Positions 35,879 through 51,966 of a stretch of 64,000 nt of DNA are shown here, one piece after another. Every line of letters begins with the position of its first letter. The first letter of the stretch is position 1. A model generated the notes under the pieces. It saw nothing but the letters and a program-made list of their open reading frames with translations, was not told the origin of the DNA and did not search any database. The position numbers and the translations under genes are program-made. This DNA is from the human T2T-CHM13v2.0 reference genome, Homo sapiens, in assembly GCF_009914755.1 (NCBI RefSeq), contig NC_060929.1; one strand, given 5' to 3'.

Positions 35879-36573
35879 TTAGCAGTACCCTGCTCCACCC
35901 TGTTCGTGTCAGATGAGAAATAGAGGAATGGAAAGAAGTGACTTTCTCATGGTCACACAGCTGCTCAGGCCCCCTTCTGCATACATGTTAAAAGGAGCAA
36001 AACAAGCCAGCATTCAGGAGACTATTAGAAGGGTTGGAATCAAGAATGTCAACCTACTCAGAGGGCAAATTCAGGAAGAGATTTTTTTTAAAAAATTAAA
36101 GTCACCAGCGGCTCCTTGGAAACATTTACATTGTCCTTTCTGTGGAGAAAGAGGTGGATACTTTCACATTCACTAACTGTTCAAGTATTCATCAGATGCC
36201 TGTATTGTGCCCCACCCTGGGATACAGCAAGGAGCTAGGAGCAGCCCTTTCTCTCAGAAAGATCTAAATGCGGAAATATTGTCAACAGATCCTGTTCAGC
36301 TCCTGTCTCTGCTGCTTCGCTGTGTGGCCTTGGCGAGCTGTCTAACCTCCCTGTGTCTCTGATTCCTCATCTATAGAATAAGGTTATTGCAGAGAACTTG
36401 ACTCAAGAGAAAATCATGCTTATTAAAGCTCTGAGCACAGACTCTGGCCCATAGTAAGGGCTGAAGAAGTAGCTGCTGTAGTAATACACTAAATTTCTGG
36501 TTGAAATTAGACTTACATTTCCTGCCTTTATTTGAAGATGCATAGATTTTTATAATATAATGTATGTCTCTAC

Positions 36574-36576
<3 letters not shown>

Positions 36577-36613
<37 letters not shown>

Positions 36614-36625
36614 TGTGTGTGTGTG
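36577..36625. repeat. (TG)n microsatellite, once interrupted
   Basis: Read directly. Confidence 0.97.
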
Positions 36626-36710
36626 ACACATATACAGACCTACCTTTTTGTTTTTAAACTTTTCCAGCAGATGTGATTAGTTTCTATGCTCTGCCCTCTT
36701 CTCATTCTAG

Positions 36711-36848
<138 letters not shown>

Positions 36849-38557
36849 TGAGGTTACCAGCGCCAAGATGTCTTTGGGGGAAAGGGATGAAATGAGCCAG
36901 AAAACTGTCAGGTTTTTTTAATTGAGCTGTAGCTCCAAAGATCCCAAGAGTAGGAAGAGGAGGAGAATAGAATGGCAGGGCCTCCAGCTGCCATTGATGG
37001 AGGCATTTATGCCCTAGAAGGCTGCTGCATGAAAGCCACACATCGTTCCAAGTTGCAGGATTCAGCTGGGATTTGGCTAGGAGGAGGCCCTGTGATTCTT
37101 TTTTGAATGCTGCTTTTTTTTTTTTTTCCTGAAGTCCCTTGTCACTTAAAGAGGTACATCCCAGAAGACAGCACCTGCTCTAATTTCCAGTATAAATCAG
37201 AGCTCGCAGAAGTAGAATGATTAAAGACTGGATTTTAAATTGGTTCACATTTGCAAAATCACAGCCTCTCACCTGGTACACCAGGGACCACCTCAGCTTG
37301 CCCTTACCTCTGGATAGAATGCCTCAGCAACGTTCATCATATACTCACTGTGTTTCAGTGCCTCTGAGAGTTGATCTTTTGGCCACAGATCTTTAAAAAT
37401 TTGCAGTTAAACTAAGCCTCTTAGAATTTTGCAAAGGAATCTTACACTTTGGAATTAACTTCCCATGTTCTCAGTTTATTCTAGCATTGGGCACTGCCGA
37501 CATGGAGCAAGCCTGAGAGGTCAGTCATGGGAAAGCCCAGATTAATATTCACAGCAGAACTCAGTGGTGTGACATGGAGGGCATTAGATCGAGCCTGAGT
37601 CCCACTGACTCTTCAAGGTTAAGGAAAAGGAACATAAGTCACTAAGAGGAATCCTGTGCCTTGGCTTTGCTTCTTTTCAGGGGTGGAACTTTTACTTTTC
37701 TCTAGAGTTGCCCCAGATGAAAATAGGGCTCATTTTGGGAGACCCTTGCAAAATCTTCCCTAAGTCAGCATGAATGAGATGAGGGTAGAAGAGAAATACA
37801 ACCTCTCCCTTGGCAGGCCTGGGTGTAAGTCTGGCTCTGCCACTTAATAGCTGGATGACTTTGGGAAAGTCACTAAATCAGTGAAACTGAGTTCCAAGTC
37901 TGAAAAATATGAATACCAAGGGTATCGGCTCTGTAGGGTTCCCTGGAGGATTCAGTGGGGTTACATAGATGACTCAGAGCCCTGGGTTGTATAATCCTGG
38001 CTTCTTGACTTCTAGCTGGTCTGACTTTATGAAAAATCACTTAAGCTGTTTAAGCTTCAGTTCTTCTTCTCTGAAATGGGAATGATAATAGTGCAGACTT
38101 CACAGGGCTATTGTGTGGCTTGAGATACTGTTTTTAAAGTGCTTGGCATAGTACCTAGTGCATGAGAAGCACATAATAAATACCAGCCTCCCCGCCATTT
38201 GCCCTGGTTTTTGGTCGGGAGTTGTTTGCCCTCTGGTGTTAGGTATTATTATGGTTTTAATTGCTTTGAAAGTACAGACTTTCTCAGGAAGACCAACAGC
38301 GCTCAGACACCTGCTTCTAGCCTAGAAATCATAACAGCAAGGATGCTTTAAGCCAGGGAAGATTCGAGTGGAAAGGACCCTGCACTGGGCAGCCATCCAT
38401 CCAGTCCTTGGCCTTCACACATGCTGTTGGCTAAGTGACCTTGGACAAGTCACTTTGCCTCTCTGGGCTCCGTTGCCTAGAACATAGAGTTGGTTGGAGG
38501 CAGGGGAGGACCTATACGCTGGCTAGGGCTCCGTTTGGCTTCAGAGTCACATGGTAG

Positions 38558-38785
<228 letters not shown>

Positions 38786-40575
38786 TGAGTGCCTGCCGTA
38801 ATGTCTCTCGGCTCCCGCAAGGATGCCCAGCCCGGGCAGAGAGCCGAGGGGCCACTTCAGCCCCTCCTCCCTCCCCAGATCCCTGGGCAGGTGGATTCCA
38901 TCAGAACACAGGTGCCGGCCGGAGGGGAGCCGCGAGGGTGCTCTGAGCCCTTTTGTATCCGCCCTCTGCTGCCAGCTTCAAAAGGGCTCAGAGCACAGCC
39001 ACGCCCCTTGTCCAGCCCAGCAGTGACTCGCATGTCCTCTCAGCAGGACAGCAGGAGTCCACCTCGTTCCCTGAAGAGTGGCCAGCCCTCAGTGGTCCAG
39101 TGAGGAGAGGTGGCGTTGTTCCTCCTCACACTGATCCTCTCAGGTTAGGTGACCGTGCGCTAAGTCCATCGTGCAGTCGACGTGAATTGGGTGGGCAGCC
39201 TCACCTTCGGCCGCTTTATAAACCACAATTCTGGGTCATCTATGCAAAGGCCTGGGGTGTCAGTGCTTCACTGAAGTTGGGGGGCTCCAACCTCTGCTGC
39301 TCTTTTGGTCTCTGAGGCTGTTAGGGAGGTTCCTTCTGTGTGCTTCTCGCCCGAAGTTATGGCCTCTCCACACAGAGGGGAACCAGCCGTCCTTTAGTCA
39401 AGGGCGAGTGTGTTGGCATCTTAAGAAGATATGAATGGAGTGTCCTTGAACTGCATCCGCCTGGAGCCTCTGCGAACAAGTGTCCAAAGGAAAGCTCATG
39501 TAGTCGCTTCATCACCCTCTGGCTGCTAGCGCGTGACGGGGTTTTGCAGGAAAAGCAGGGAATGGAGAATGCTGAACTCATTCCTCACTTTTCCCTGCCT
39601 GACTTCTCGACCAGCTGAAGCTGGCTGGGAGCGGAGGCTAGGGAAGTGACTGGGGTTGGGTGTGAGGGGCCGTGTGCTCCCCTCTCCACAGGTAACTCTT
39701 TGAGTGATATTGAAGGGAGGCCTGAGGAAGGCTGTCACTGTTCTACCATTCTTGTGAGAACCATATCAGGGCTTCTTTTGAAATAGTAAATTCTCCCCAG
39801 AATCTTTCTTCTGCCTTGTCTGGTGCTCATGCTTCATCTGTCTGCTGGGTCACCAGCACCTGAGGGTAGAAGAGGGTGAAGGGAGTGGTCCTTTTTCTCT
39901 TGGGGATGGAGAGTGAAGATGTTCATTCATTCATTTCCTCTCTGACTTAGGATGGTTTTCCTAATGACATCTTTTCACAAGGCGTGGAAAAAAGGCGGAG
40001 GGAAGGAGGAAAGAGGGTGGAAAGAGAAGGAGAGAAGGGGGCGAGAGGTAGAGGGGGTGGGTGGAGGGAGGGGCCACCCCCACGTCTCAGAGTGGCCCTG
40101 GCTTCTCCCACCACAGTGTGCTTCCATGTTGCCAGGGCACTGTTGGAAAAGAGGCACAGTCACATTCATATTTCCGCAATCCCAGCCCAAAGGCCCCCCA
40201 AAGCCAGCTTCAACCGCAGAGTGTCTGTGCTGTCAGAGTGGGTAGGCTGGTTTTGGAGGTTGCCCACCTTGCTTTTTCTGTGCTCAGATTCCATCCCTTT
40301 GTAGTCCTAGAGAGGCTGTGTTCCCGCCCCTCTCATATTACTGGTAAGTATTATGGACCAGGTATCTGGAAAGGCCTACAGTTGGATCCTAGATGAGGCT
40401 GGCACCAAAGAGGAGGAGGAAGGACTGTTCCATTAGGCCTGAAGCTCCCACAGTGTTGGACTTAGCAGGCTTTCTTGCTGAGGCGGCTGGGATACCATTT
40501 GGTGTCACCCAGGGGAGTTGGCCACGTGGGCTGAGCACCAGGAGCAGCTAATGCCTGTTCCACCCAGGCGCCTGA

Positions 40576-40830
<255 letters not shown>

Positions 40831-41814
40831 TAGAAGGGAGGGAGGCAGGAGGGTAAAGTGGCCAACAGCAGGGGTTTTGGAGCCAGGCAGACTGGGGTGA
40901 ATTCTGGTGGTGCTGCTGCCCTTTGTAAGTTATTCAACATCTCTTTGCTTCAATTTCCTCATCTGTGAAATGAGGGTGATAACAGTATCTATCCTGAAAG
41001 GTTCATTGAGAGGATTAAAAGATATGGCAGATAATAAGGGCCTGGTGATGGTTAGTTCTGCCTGTACATGATAAGTGATGCAAACCATCTCCAACCTGGA
41101 TGGCAAGAAAACAGAACACTCGTACTCATAACGCTACCTAAATGTTTTAAAACTAAACAGTAATAAATGATCATTGTAAAAAAAAATCAGTAATATACTT
41201 AAGGGCAGATAAAGGCCATAAAAATCTCCACTAATCCCAATAATTACATTTCATTTAATTTTTCCTTTTTTAAAAACTTTTTTTTTTTAATGGAGACATG
41301 ATCAGCGCACAAACCTCAGGAAAAAAACCCAAATAAGCGAAAGGAGAGAAAATCACATAAAATCCTACCATCCCAGAACCAACTAAGACTGGTATTTGGA
41401 TATATATATATCCTTCTGATACTCATCCCATACGTACCCTCCTAATAAATGAATATGCTGTTTGATAAACACTAATCCCCTGACTCAGATTCCTTTATTA
41501 CATAGCACTCGTGGGTGACTGCGCACTGACCCACGTATGCTCACTGCTTCCACCATGTGGCTAACAGCCATGGTGACTGTACTTTCCAAACCCCAACTCA
41601 GGAGATGCCTTTGATCACAGAGCAACGTACCTGAAATGGGGACTGTCTGACAAATGCAAGGCCTCGTGGCCATTAGACCATGACTTGTGGTCATTAGACT
41701 TGTGGCCCACAGGGACCAAGGTCAAGCCCAGAACTTTAGCTTTCTAAATATATGTACCAATCCGTTGAACTGAAGTTACAGGAATAACTTATTTTGAGTG
41801 CTAGAGCTCTTTTA

Positions 41815-41961
41815 AAATTTTTTTTTAATATTTTATTTCTTTTTTAAAAATAGATCTCATTATGTTGCCCAGGCTGGTCTTGTACTCCTGGACTCAAGCA
41901 ATTCTCCTGCCTCAGCCTCCCCAAGTGCTGGGATTACAGGCATCAGCCGCTGCACCCAGCC
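41815..41961 (-). mobile_element. Alu monomer (FLAM-like)
   Basis: atgttgcccaggctggtcttg...agtgctgggattacaggcat. Confidence 0.82.
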
Positions 41962-42045
41962 AGAACTCTTAATTCCTACTCTCATTTTGGTGTGGTCTAA
42001 GAATGAGTCTGGCCAAAGATATTTTTTAAAATTATATGCTCTATA

Positions 42046-42653
42046 CATGTTGAGTCTCATTATTCACAGTAGTTCTGTAAAGTGGCCATGAACTCTGAAG
42101 TAGCAAATACTGAATCATTGCTCCAAGGAGAAATCAGAGTTACAGCCCTGTGAGCCTCTGGTCACAACATTTTCATCAACTGATCCATATATAACCTTGT
42201 TTTATATGTGCTTCTGTTTAAAGACACTTGATGTGATCTCTGTTGTTGATTCATTAACGCATGACCAACAGAACTATAACTCACACCTGAACAAAGCTTA
42301 TCTAGAACACGTATTTTTTTTCCATAAGGCATGTTACAGCTTTCTTGCACAGAGGAACGCTATATAGCGCATTAGCCCTAAGCTTGGGGGCCATTTTAAA
42401 TTGAACAATTAGAGTAAAAAGCACAAAAATATAGAAAACATGGCACTAAGTAGACTTCAAAAAAGACACTTGTTTACTGTATGAGAGCTGAAACAAGAAG
42501 GCAGAGTCACTTTGTCCGACTTCAGCTGGGAGTGGGTGTATGTCTGCAGATGACTGAGAAATCACCATGAGTGTTGATTTTGGGGTTACAAATAAATTTT
42601 AGCCAGTAAGGGAATTCACAAATACAGAATCCGCCAATAATGAGGACTGGCTG
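42046..42653. mobile_element. TcMar-Tigger MITE (MER82-like)
   Basis: Inverted ends ctcattatt / aataatgag, TA flanks, internal gttgattttggggttacaaataaattttagc. Confidence 0.7.
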
Positions 42654-42896
42654 TATATGTATATATGTGTATGTACATATATACACACAGTATGTTTGTG
42701 CATACACACATATTCTGTATCATTGTGGAATATTATATAGATGTTTATCCACTGCCTTTCAATCAGTGATTCATGTCTAATGAGTTGTGAAATCAACTTA
42801 GTGTTTGTGATTAGCATTTTTATATAAATATAGACTAGAAAATCAGAAGGAATCCCATATATTAAGAGTAAGATTGCTTTGTAAAAAATATTGTTG

Positions 42897-43030
42897 AGGC
42901 TGGGTGTGGTGGCTCACGTCTGTAATCCCAGCACTTTGGGAGGTTGAGCCAGGAGGATTGCTTGAGCCCAGGAGACCAGCCTGGACAACACAGTGAGACC
43001 CTGTCTCTAAAAGAAGAATAAAAGAAAAAC
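42897..43030 (+). mobile_element. Alu monomer (FLAM-like)
   Basis: ggctgggtgtggtggctcacgtctgtaatcccagcactttgggagg...A-rich tail. Confidence 0.82.
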
Positions 43031-43263
43031 ATATTGGTGCATACATAAATTTAATATCTCTATGTAGGTATATGTTCCTGAGTTACTATATCGTGTGCAC
43101 TTCAGTAATTTATAAACCTTCAGTGATTTATAAACCATGTGGCCTTCAGCAAGGCACTTGTCTGAGCCTCAGTTTATCTGTCAAGGGGATGTAATAATAG
43201 CACTTCCCTGCAGTGTTCTTGGGGGAATCAATGAGATAACATATAAAAGTGTCAGGCACATAG

Positions 43264-43428
<165 letters not shown>

Positions 43429-43489
43429 TAGAGGGCCTCACACTGACCTCTCTTTCCTTGGAATCTGCCTCCATCTCCCCCTAGCACTC

Positions 43490-44107
<618 letters not shown>

Positions 44108-44765
44108 TAGTTCTGAGCAAGAAAACAGCATCGGTTGCCCTAATTTTCGTGCTCTTCCCTGTCCTACCATCTAAATTAATCCGTCAGAAGTTATTCTGCT
44201 ACTCAGAATTGATTAGAAACTCATTCTGTTCTTAAAAATCCAAAGAAAAACATCCATTCCACTGGAAAAAAAAACGGGCACAAAGAAACCAACAGAAGAA
44301 ACAAAAGAAAAACAAATGGCTACAAGAGGTATGAAAAATGCCCAAACTGGTCAGTGGTCAGAGAGCTACAGATTGGAATAAGATGGGATACAGTGTTTAC
44401 CATCAGGATAGCAGAGATTTGACAGCTGGATGATGCCTGTTGCAGGTTAAAGTGCAGGAAATAGACATTCTCATGTCTTTAGTGGTCAGTCTACATTTTG
44501 TAGGCTTTCTATGAGAGCAATCTGATTATATGTACTCATGTTTTTAATGTGCATACCCTTTGGTGAAGTTCTTCTTCTGGGACTATATCCCAAGGAAATA
44601 AGCCAACTGTGCAGAGATATTTGTACATGGATATTTATCACAGTGTTGTTTATAATACCAAAATATATGAAACAACTTAAATGTTCTTCAATATGGAACC
44701 AGGTCAATAAGTTAAGATTCAGCTATATCATTGCATGCTATGCAGTCTCTAAAAAAGGTATACCA

Positions 44766-45104
<339 letters not shown>

Positions 45105-48100
45105 TTAAGTTAAAAAAGAAACAATTAAAGAACAGCATATCTGTAGTTTTCATGCAGACAGGGAAGATGCAAAAATATATCTAGAAATAAATATGCATAT
45201 ACACATAAATGTGGATATTTTTAAATATGTAAAGAAATATGTAATATGTCTAAATACGTATATCAACATATAAAAAATAAAAATCCAAATATAGACATTT
45301 AGACCAAAAACAGAACAGCATATAAAATGATTCCACTTATACCAAAATATAATATACTTTTATATATTTGTGCAAAACTGAAGGACATAAATATTTATGA
45401 TGTATACCAAACCATGAACAGTAGTAATTTCTGGAAACAGGTCTGTCTGATTTATAACCTTTTGTATTGTGTTTTGTTTGATTACAAAATGATGTTTCTA
45501 TTTGGGAGGAAAACTCCTTTACACTAGGTTGTGAGTGACAGCTATTTCTTTGAGGACCATTTGACACCTACAAGAGACGAATCTAGAAATCAGAGACCTG
45601 GATCCCAGCCCCGGGCCCTCTGGTCACTTCAGCTCTCAGAGCCTCAGATTCCTTATCTGTAAAATGGAGCTAATCAACCTTCCCCTGCCCCATCCCAGGG
45701 TTATTGTGGAGAATCAAACAATAATTGTCAAGTAAGATAATGGATGTAGATGAGCTCTGAAAACTTAAAGGGCCATACAAATGTAAGAGATTAGAGTCGT
45801 CATCTCTCCAAGCTTCACTTTAAAGGACTGAGGCTCGGTGGCATAATTTCATAATCACACTTGACATTGTCCTGAGTGGCTCCAGACCCCTTGGCACTTC
45901 TATTACTAATGGGCAACCTGGAAGAAAGTTTTGCAGTCATCACCAGAGGACAAAGTCATCCTCAAGCCTATTTAAAGTGAGACAGTCAGAGGGTAAATGC
46001 AACTTTATAAAACTATTTATGCACTTATTTCCTTAATAAAAGGGATGCGTATGCACTGTAAGTGATTCAGAAGATGCTCCCGCAACCCACTTCTACCTTC
46101 ACCTTCCCACAACCTTATATCGTCATCCAAGCACAACCACCAAGAACATGTCACTCTATTTCCATCTAGTCATTACTTTGCTATACATTGGGAGGTTTTA
46201 TCATTTTTATCTCATTAATAAAACATGTTTAAAAAAATTAAAAAGAAAAGTAGTTCAATGTGGCCTTTAATAATAAAACAAAGCAAAAGTAGTAACCTGC
46301 CTGTACCATGTTATTCCATTCTGAATCCCCAAATAGGAAACACCATTCAACTTGTTAAGCGATTCCTTGTGGTATTTATCTCCCTAGTTCTAACAGGCTT
46401 ATGAGACTATTTCTTGGTTTTTCAGTTTATGACATTTTCTATTGATTTTCTACTTTGGGAAATGAGGATATAGCTCTCTCCTTCCTACCTCCCATCCCTG
46501 CAACACACCTGGTTTCCTTCCCCCATCTTCCCATCGTGGTAATTTTACACTTTTTGGTAAAAATCAATGGTTACCTTATTATTATTATAACCAAGTAACT
46601 GTTGTCCATCACTGAGCCACACGCTCTAATGTGAATCCATTTATTTTCTTGCACAACTTTTTGTTCTTCATAGAATTAGCAATACTGTATTTTTTATTTT
46701 GTTTTCTATGAGTCTATCAAAAAGGCAACCCCAAACCTACCAACAAAATGTAAAACTCCTTACAAAATAGTCCATCACAGTCATCATTTGATGAGTTTTG
46801 GTATTATTCTTTTTTTCTTGGAGGCATTCCTCCACAAGCTCTCTTCTTTCCAATCTGCATGGGTTTGTCTCTAGACCAGCCCCGCCACTGATCCAAGATT
46901 CTCCTCATTATTTATTATCTTGGGAATTCCCTTTACCTCTGTCCTGTCCTGTATCCCATTCATATATCTTCCTCTGTGAAGTATTGAGATCTTTTGCCCA
47001 TTTTTAAAAAATCGGGTTTCTGTCTTCCTATTATGGAATTGTGAGAATTCATTCCATATTTTAGATCACAAGTCTTCAGTCAAATATATGTCGCAAATAT
47101 TTTTTCTCATCAGTGACTTTGCCTTTTCATTTTTTAAGGGTGCCTTTTGAAGAGCAGCTGTTTTTAATTTTGATGAAGTCCAATTTGTCAGTTATTTGGT
47201 GGTTAGTGATTTGGGGGTTTCAGCTAAGAAATCTTTGCCTTGTCTAGAGTTGTAAAGATTTTTCCTTTAGATCCAACAGGCCTGCCCACTCCTCTGTATT
47301 TGGAGCCATTCTGAGACATCTTCATTATTTACTCCTTCCTTTTTCCTAATGTCTCCTAGTTATATCTGTAGCCAGGGGCCCAGATTCTGTTATGATCTAA
47401 CAGTCCTCTAATGCTTCTCTCCCATTATTTCTCTGCACTAAAGCTCATCACCAACAAAATTGTTGTACTGTTGGTGCCAATGAAAACCATCACCTCCTGA
47501 GTTGTTTTCATACCAGTTCTATCTAAAAATGTTCTTTTTCTTCCTTTAAGTTTTAGAGAAAAAAACAGCCTTAGGGTCTGAGCTCATTCATTCATTTATT
47601 TGTTCCTTTTCAACAGAAAATGTGTCTGCCCACCATGGACCCAGACACTGGCAGTTGGGCGTGCACAGCATAGCTGGGCCCTGTCCTGTGTATTTCCAGT
47701 CTGGTGTAGAAGGTGGAACATGCCATTATGGGTGTGATCTGTGTGGCAGTTGTGAGGTGGACGATCTGCCACATGCCTTTCCCTCTGAATTCTGAATCAA
47801 TTGAGAAATTAATATTAGAGGCCAATGGAGTCAAAGGCTCAGACTTACTGCTGGTAAAGCTAGACTAGAGAATGTGGTTTTCACCCAAGGCCACACCAGT
47901 GTTCCTATGCCTCCTACATCTCATTAAACTTGCCACTAGGTAATAGGCAAAGCAGCTGCATAGATACACGCCTCCCTTCCTCGGGATGGGCAGGGGATGG
48001 TTACTGCAAGAAGCAGCCAGAAACCTAGAAGGGAGGCCACATACTTGCAGGCAGGCAGGTCCCAAAAGAGCGAGCCAAGGTCAGGCCAGGCTCCTCTCAT

Positions 48101-48648
48101 CACACGTGCCTGAATCCCCATCTCTCCAAACAGATAAGTGAGTTAGGGTAAGGAGAAGGGAAATAGGGGAGTAGAGGCATTCTCCCCCATGACTTCTGCA
48201 GGAGAAGTTTTGATTTTATAAACTCAAGCAGCAACTGGCCAAACGGTTTCAAAAACAAAGGTTGTAAAAATTCTTTAGAAAATTTTATGTTAAAAAAGTT
48301 CTATTTGATGTTGTCTGTGAGTGCCTGGTCTATGGAGAGGCCTTCAAAAGCCAAGGCACTTCTCAAAATGCTCAAATTGTGGCCCATGGGCCAGCTGCTA
48401 TTTGTCAGCAGTGAACAACAAAATTGGGAGCTCATGCGAGGATGAAAATCAGTTGCATTGCGAAGAATGCTGTTAGTTGAGCTGACATTTGTGTTTTGTA
48501 GCAAGACTTTCTCAATGAATGAAGCCAAGTGCTGATATACGTACATTCTGGCACACATCTCTTACCTAGCCATGCGCTGGCACTTTGAGTAGCACTGGCC
48601 TCATGCCTCTGGACATCTCACTCCCCGCCTCCCCTGGCAGGGCGGTGA

Positions 48649-48960
<312 letters not shown>

Positions 48961-49554
48961 TGAACACACATGGGTCCTTCCAGCAAGCTCCAGAGGGCTC
49001 TTTAGGAGATTGGGCATTTGGGATGAATTAAGCCTTCATCTCTAGAAGTCCATATCCACTGCTATCTAGCTGTGTGAACTTGGTCAGGTTGCTGACCTTC
49101 TCCAAACCTCAGTTTTCCTCATTTGTAAAATGGGGATTATAATGCTACCTGCTGCCTGTTGGGATGATGAAATGAGATGGTCCATATATAGACCTAAGCA
49201 CATGCAGCATGGAGTAAGTATGCAGCACATCTAAGCTATTATGAAAACTAAGCACACACAGATTTCATAAGACCGGTGAGACTCCCCTATAACCAGAAAG
49301 GAAATACAGACCTCTTGCCTCACACAAGTTCTGTCTCACTCGATGGGCTCAGAGCTGAGTTCTCAGACATCCCTTGGACATCAGAACCATGTAGGACACT
49401 TGTTTAAACACAGATTCCTGGACTGTACCTTAAATCTGTTAAACCAGAGTTTTGGAATTGGGGCAGAAATGAGCATGCTTTACAAGCACCCCAAGAATTC
49501 AAATGTGGGTGTTCCTGGGACACCACGGGCCCTAGAAACACAAGCTTGTAGTGA

Positions 49555-49809
<255 letters not shown>

Positions 49810-51795
49810 TAGATCATCATGGCTGGCCATGGGCAGTGGGACTGGGAGCCGTCGGTCAGGAGGGGCAGGGTTGAGTGGCTGCTCCGGTCTTATTCTGCCA
49901 TCTTGTTTTGATATAGGAAGGAGGACCACTGGCTTAAGATTCAGGAGACCTGGATTCTAGTCCTAGATACCTGTGTGACCTCGGGCACTTTACAGATCTC
50001 TCTGTGCCTCAGTTGTTTAAACTGGCTAATGGGGATAATACCACCACATCCACCTTGCCTGGCTATCTTCTAGTCCTATGAAGTATAGATTCCAAAGTGG
50101 AGGAGGAGGTTAAAGTGGAATCTATCTGCATGCATCTATGCTGCCCCTCTTTAATAAGTCCTGGCCCTTTCCCCTAAAAGTTCTGCCTCTGACTTGCTGT
50201 GTGATCTTGGGCAAGCACCTTGAGCTTTCTGAGCTCTGATTATCTTCTCTGTAAAATGAAAACTTTGGATGAGATTGTGTTACTAACAAAATATTCCTTA
50301 GTTCCACATCCTTCCAAAAGTGCAAGTATTGAAAGCCCTTGTCCCCTTAGAGGAAGTCTAGTATTTGGAAACACTCAGAGTTGCCAGCCAGAGCTTCTGC
50401 ACAAGAGGTCGCCCGTGGCTTATCCAGAGCAGTCATAACGTTACAGAAAAAAAAGTCAATAATCTGGGCATCTTCGTTAAATCCCTGCTACCTACTTAAG
50501 GATAGGTAGTTTCTGGTAATATTTTTGATGTACTGGAAAAAGCAGATGGTTCTCATTGCAAGTTTAAGGGTCTCACAGGCCTCACTTCCCATGACCTTTA
50601 AGCCTCTCTCTGTTCTCAGTCACCCAAGATGGACCATCTGAGGCCCACCCCCGACCCTTCTCCCTGTGTGTGCGTCTGTGTCTGTGCTGGGGGCTGGGGC
50701 AGGGGAGAGGTGGGTTCTCGGCAGGGTCATCTTAACTCCCCTTGGCTTCACAGCCCTCTGCTAGTTTGCACCAATCTCACCGGCTGGTTGTAGAACGCCC
50801 CAAGGAAGCGTCTGCAAACAGTTCTGTGTAATATCAAGGGTTGAGGTCCGGGAGACACTGAGCAGGGCTTTCAAGTGTTTCTGTAAATTTTAAGACATGA
50901 GTGAGCAAGAGACAGACAAGGCACAAAAGACACTGGAAAGGAGGAGGAGGGGACTTAACAGGCAGAGAGAAAAGGAGAGGAGAGGAAGGAGTATTTGTGT
51001 AGATAATGTGAGAGGGGTGGGTCACCAGCAGTAAATCCCGCCTCACCCCCAACCTCTACCAGGTCATGCTAGGTGGCACAGACATGTTGAATAGACTCGT
51101 AGACAACCAGAGCTGGGAGCGCTATTAGAGAAACCTAGGCCCTCCCCCTCTCTTGCGGATGGGGAAACTGAGGTCTAGAGAGGGGAAGTGACTTGTCCAA
51201 GTCACAAGGTGAGTCCCAGGTGGAGGTGGGACAAGAACCCAGGTCTCCTGACACCCACCCAGGGCTCTGGTACGGTCTTCAGGACACAGTAGACATGGGC
51301 ATCTTGCATAGTTGGGATAGAGACTGTTTTGGTGAATTAAATGCTCTGTTAAGTAAAAGTACGTGGGAAAAAAGTTCACCTTCTTATGGGTGAAACCAGT
51401 TTTCAGAGAATTAGAGTTGGATATCAACTGGACAGCACCCACAACAGATTAGACTTGGATTCTTCCTTTGAGGACTTGAGAGGCCGTCATGAGAAGAGTG
51501 CTTCTCGGCTCCTAGGGATGGTGAGACAGGCCCTCCAACAGGGCTGCAGATGGGGGACTGTCTGAGGCACTGACGGCCACTGTGGCTGCTTTCCCACAAA
51601 GGAAGCCCTGTGGCAGGGATGGTGGGTCACACGTTTCTGTGGCTGCTCTACCCGCATCAGTGCCAGGCATGTGATGGGGGAGATCCCAGGGAAGCTCCAG
51701 AGGCAGCGAAGACGAACGCGGTTGCTGGGAGGTTGGAGTGTCTCAGAGGTGGCCCCCGGCAGTCGCGGCGGCTTTCCCACCGTATACAATACCTC

Positions 51796-51880
51796 TTGCT
51801 TTTCTCTCTCTCTCTCTCTTTCTCTCTCTCCCTCTTCCCTGTCTCTCCTGCCCTCCCATTCCCTCTTCCTTCTCTCCTAT
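51796..51880 (+). repeat. (CT)n-rich polypyrimidine tract upstream of the cassette exon
   Basis: Read directly. Confidence 0.93.
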
Positions 51881-51891
51881 CTATGTCTTAG

Positions 51892-51966
51892 GCCTGCCAG
51901 TGGTCCCCGAGGGCTTTGTTTCACCCCACTGGTGGCACACAGGGCCGAAGAGGCTGCCGATCCCTG
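51892..51966 (+). CDS. CYFIP2: CYFIP2 alternative in-frame cassette exon (25 aa)
   Basis: Long pyrimidine tract then tcttag|GCC TGC; ACQWSPRALFHPTGGTQGRRGCRSL; CTG|gtatca; 75 nt, phase 0/0, no stop. Matches my recollection of the insert in the long (1278-aa) human isoform. Confidence 0.85.

Noticed and set aside
43100-43135. 18-bp tandem duplication (cttcagtRatttataaac x2), similar to a 19-bp one near 54122-54160
   Set aside because: Ordinary local slippage with no evident function
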